NCBI GenBank assembly: GCA_017514685.1
Contig: JAFWJN010000043.1
Location: 35,167-99,166, forward strand
Direction of reading: 5' to 3'
DNA: 64,000 nt
Origin: Clostridia bacterium
GTDB taxonomy: Bacteria > Bacillota > Clostridia > Christensenellales > CAG-138
This document shows, piece after piece, positions 62,901 to 64,000 of this stretch. Within the stretch, counting starts at the first letter, position 1; every line of letters begins with the position of its first letter. The translations under genes were made by a program, and so were the position numbers. The notes beneath the pieces are model-generated. The model saw only the letters and a program-made list of their open reading frames with translations. It did not search any database and was not told the DNA's origin.

Positions 62901-63205
62901 ATTCCGGAACGGGACTTTATACCGCTAAAGTGCCTATTACAAAGGAACTTCTTGAACGGAAGCTGCTCTTAAAAGCGTCGGTCGGGCGCGACGTGCTGAC
63001 TATTGCTGTAAACGGAAAACCGGTGAAAACCTGTCTCTGGCGTCCGTATGAAGCGGACCTGACACCGTATCTGCAGGAAGGCGAAAATGAGATAACTCTC
63101 GGAGTAGTCAATACGCTGATGAACCTTCTGGAATCGACACACAATCCGTCCGGTTTGTTCTCGGCGGAGATTGTGCCGTATGACCGTTATGAGGTGCGGT
63201 TTTAA
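59915..63205 (+). CDS. Large (1096 aa) cytoplasmic glycosyl hydrolase-like protein with C-terminal jelly-roll/sugar-binding domains
   Basis: The N-terminus (FGIMPFWFWNGEMSYDEIAYQIREYKAKGCPGFYIHARFG) and the C-terminal segment (YSGTGLYTAKV...ITLGVVNTLMNLL) are typical of proteins annotated as 'glycosyl hydrolase' with GH2-like sugar-binding jelly rolls. Confidence 0.5.
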   Translation: MEENILVTGEPLSREKFKNPSVEFGIMPFWFWNGEMSYDEIAYQIREYKAKGCPGFYIHARFGVREELGYMNEDWLDRVKFTIETAQAEGLQIWIYDEYNWPSGTCGQTLMKDHPEMTNVYLELVDGNLPGQFFTFMEGTDSRYNDLEQSEPVYACAIKLADLESGNYEIVDLMPSLSFDKVITWEAPKGPWKLFYFIERKSTWYADVLNPETTKKFIEYTHERYKAYLDGDFAKQVKGFFTDEPAMHYFETGRDNFIIPWTHGMFKIFREHNGYDLKKNLPKLFFDCGGDTEQVRYDFWSTLTDQYEKSYFAQIEQWCTDHDVISTGHLLYEESLRMHSRVDGNLFKHLQHFHMTGVDHLYPRIGTREMENEHVALKIASSAAHQNGSARLVCESMGGSYWDCTMERMKWIGDWEYVLGVNQFIPHGFHYTIEGERKRDWPPSMFCQFTWWEQYKQFNDYMTRLGYTLSGGDHVAKVAVLYPMNSIWANYMPNARTKISECIEREFNYMADRMLRLHIDYDYIDEDVLNTRTEIKDGKLCIQGERYEMLLLPPCTHIKADTLSTMEAFVKAGGKLGGNALLPYRCIEGEADHFEDRIEALFGVNPTTVRKQFLSGSNREQTMTERDVSNGKVVFVSGEGFKYNPDEKEGLALLNRMLRTCVTPEVEIDSEEVFCLHRVKDGKDLFFMINPVNESADVTIRFLGEHTPEIWDLETGNIQKAQVYAIENGYTCLPMHFEPFGSAMFSFADSMDTAFICASDLAIESFERDAKAAYGFARLSTDGAVTLNENGKKTTCIVKAKNPAETIPLCGPFSFRTDKPNSINTDAWKMTYATDEDDVKTITSGQADMENWLDMRMGAWEMQLPVERDEETYPVTLWYVTKICAEYVPDDLKLMIDGFKGRCYTLYVNGREVTETPVRSYLDAEIRTVPMKDYFTAGENTVAVRLTVTKKSDGMTDLLKVIGSFSIEEHNGVETIVPPRAELPLGDWNAFGYPYYSGTGLYTAKVPITKELLERKLLLKASVGRDVLTIAVNGKPVKTCLWRPYEADLTPYLQEGENEITLGVVNTLMNLLESTHNPSGLFSAEIVPYDRYEVRF

Positions 63206-63208
63206 GTT

Positions 63209-64000
63209 ATGGAAGCAAAACACTATCACATGCTGATCGATACCGATATCGGCGGGGATGTCGATGACGCGCTGGCACTTGCGCTGGCGCTGAATACATC
63301 TTCCGTCGAGATCGTCGGAATCACCAATGTCTATCTAGCGAATGCCTGGCGCGCAGGAGTTACGAAAGAATTGCTCCGGGTCTATGGGCGGGAAGACATT
63401 CCTGTCTGCGCAGGTGCCGAAAAACCGCTCATCGGCTGGTGGGATGAGAACCGCATTCCGAACAGTTCCCCGGATTACGGAGAATATCGCGGAGAAAAGC
63501 TGCCGCACGCATCTGATTTTATCATTCAGAAAGCGGAACAGTATGATGATCTGATCCTGCTTGCGATCGGCCCGCTGACCAATGTCGGGATCGCTCTTGC
63601 AAAAGCACCGCATATTGCGAAGCGGCTGAAGATTTACATGATGGGCGGACAGCTCAATAAAGCGCATTCGGAATGGAATATCGTATGCGATCCGGAAGCG
63701 GCGCGCATCGTCTTCGAAAGCGGAGCGGACATTACGATGGTCGGCAGAGACGTTACGCTCCGCTGCCAGTTCACACAGGCTGAAGTGGATGAAGTACATT
63801 ATGCGGGCAATCCGCGCGCGGAGAGGCTCGGGCTCATGATGGAGCAGTTTATCCGGAACTTTGGCTATCTTCCGATTCTGCACGATCCTTTGGCGCTTTC
63901 GGCACTGTTGTGGCCGGATCTTCTGAAACTGGAGCGCAAGAAGATTCTGATCGAAACGCGCGGCGAATTGACCAGAGGCCTTACCATTGACTGCGACTGG
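63209..64000 (+). CDS. Nucleoside hydrolase (IU-NH family), 3' end outside the window
   Basis: Not in the ORF track because there is no stop in the window. My translation from ATG 63209 is MEAKHYHMLIDTDIGGDVDDALALALAL...LLAIGPLTNVG...WNIVCDPEAARIVF. The DxDxxxDD aspartate cluster is the family signature. Confidence 0.8.
   Translation, partial: MEAKHYHMLIDTDIGGDVDDALALALALNTSSVEIVGITNVYLANAWRAGVTKELLRVYGREDIPVCAGAEKPLIGWWDENRIPNSSPDYGEYRGEKLPHASDFIIQKAEQYDDLILLAIGPLTNVGIALAKAPHIAKRLKIYMMGGQLNKAHSEWNIVCDPEAARIVFESGADITMVGRDVTLRCQFTQAEVDEVHYAGNPRAERLGLMMEQFIRNFGYLPILHDPLALSALLWPDLLKLERKKILIETRGELTRGLTIDCDW

Noticed and set aside
45729-63883. Numerous 60-305-aa minus-strand ORFs across the glycan locus (e.g. 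47436..48104, 52979..53896, 60446..61336, 63335..63883).
   Set aside because: All are antisense to long, motif-supported plus-strand genes, and none has a convincing SD or a recognisable domain.
1-64000. Looked for integrase/transposase, reverse transcriptase/retron, Cas, phage structural genes, rRNA, toxin-antitoxin pairs and ThsA/CD-NTase/pAgo partners of the TIR genes.
   Set aside because: None was recognisable in any of the six frames provided. Absence is based on motif reading only and should be confirmed with HMM searches.

Overview
This is a 64-kb chromosomal window that looks like a Gram-positive anaerobe of the Clostridia type. That taxon guess is inference only, based on the Rnf complex, ECF and CUT1 transporters, GGAGG-type ribosome-binding sites and lipoprotein signal peptides. 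All calls rest on reading the ORF translations and the DNA by eye. No BLAST, HMM or tRNAscan was run, so family names are motif-level recognitions.

Layout:
- (1) nt 1-12.07 kb is the distal part of a mobilisable island. It starts with a 5'-truncated MobV/Pre relaxase and an RHH protein. A tightly packed same-strand cluster follows: three paralogous zinc-ribbon/TIR/TPR proteins (615, 725 and 939 aa), an SPFH(YdjI/COG4260-like)-SHOCT protein, a 4-TM protein, two small AT-rich ORFs and a fourth zinc-ribbon membrane protein. Two of the TIR proteins have one TM helix and an extracytoplasmic C-terminal domain, a Toll-like-receptor-like layout. This cluster is my best candidate for an undescribed system.
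- (2) 12.2-15.0 kb holds an AT-rich LysR plus split chromate-transporter module, flanked by repeated non-coding modules and a degenerate duplicate of the 5' end of the downstream esterase gene. These look like integration or recombination scars.
- (3) 15-25.6 kb holds genes for YcxB-like, esterase, ATP-grasp, D-amino-acid aminotransferase, PAS-CPBP protease, a Zur-type regulator with ZnuABC-like transporter, UPF0489 and a flavodoxin-like protein.
- (4) 25.8-27.4 kb is a 1-kb Fic islet bracketed by a duplicated tRNA-Cys 3' end, next to a Val-Asp-Phe-Gly-Cys tRNA operon.
- (5) 27.6-29.0 kb encodes an ECF-S-component/type II pantothenate kinase fusion, followed by a stand-alone tRNA-Thr.
- (6) 29.4-38.0 kb is rnfC-rnfDG(fusion)-rnfE-rnfA-rnfB, followed after 12 nt by pentahaem nrfA and then resB/ccsA. 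No nrfH is present, which makes this the second most interesting locus.
- (7) 38-44.4 kb holds a phosphodiester-glycosidase lipoprotein, panE, tex, a GH10-like gene and ygjV.
- (8) 44.4-64 kb is a glycan-utilisation locus. It has two ATPase-less CUT1 ABC importers, a 974-aa binding protein, NHL/TPR, Yip1 and DUF5696-like proteins, two large GH-like proteins and a 3'-truncated nucleoside hydrolase.

I recognised no CRISPR array, rRNA, integrase, transposase, reverse transcriptase or cas gene.
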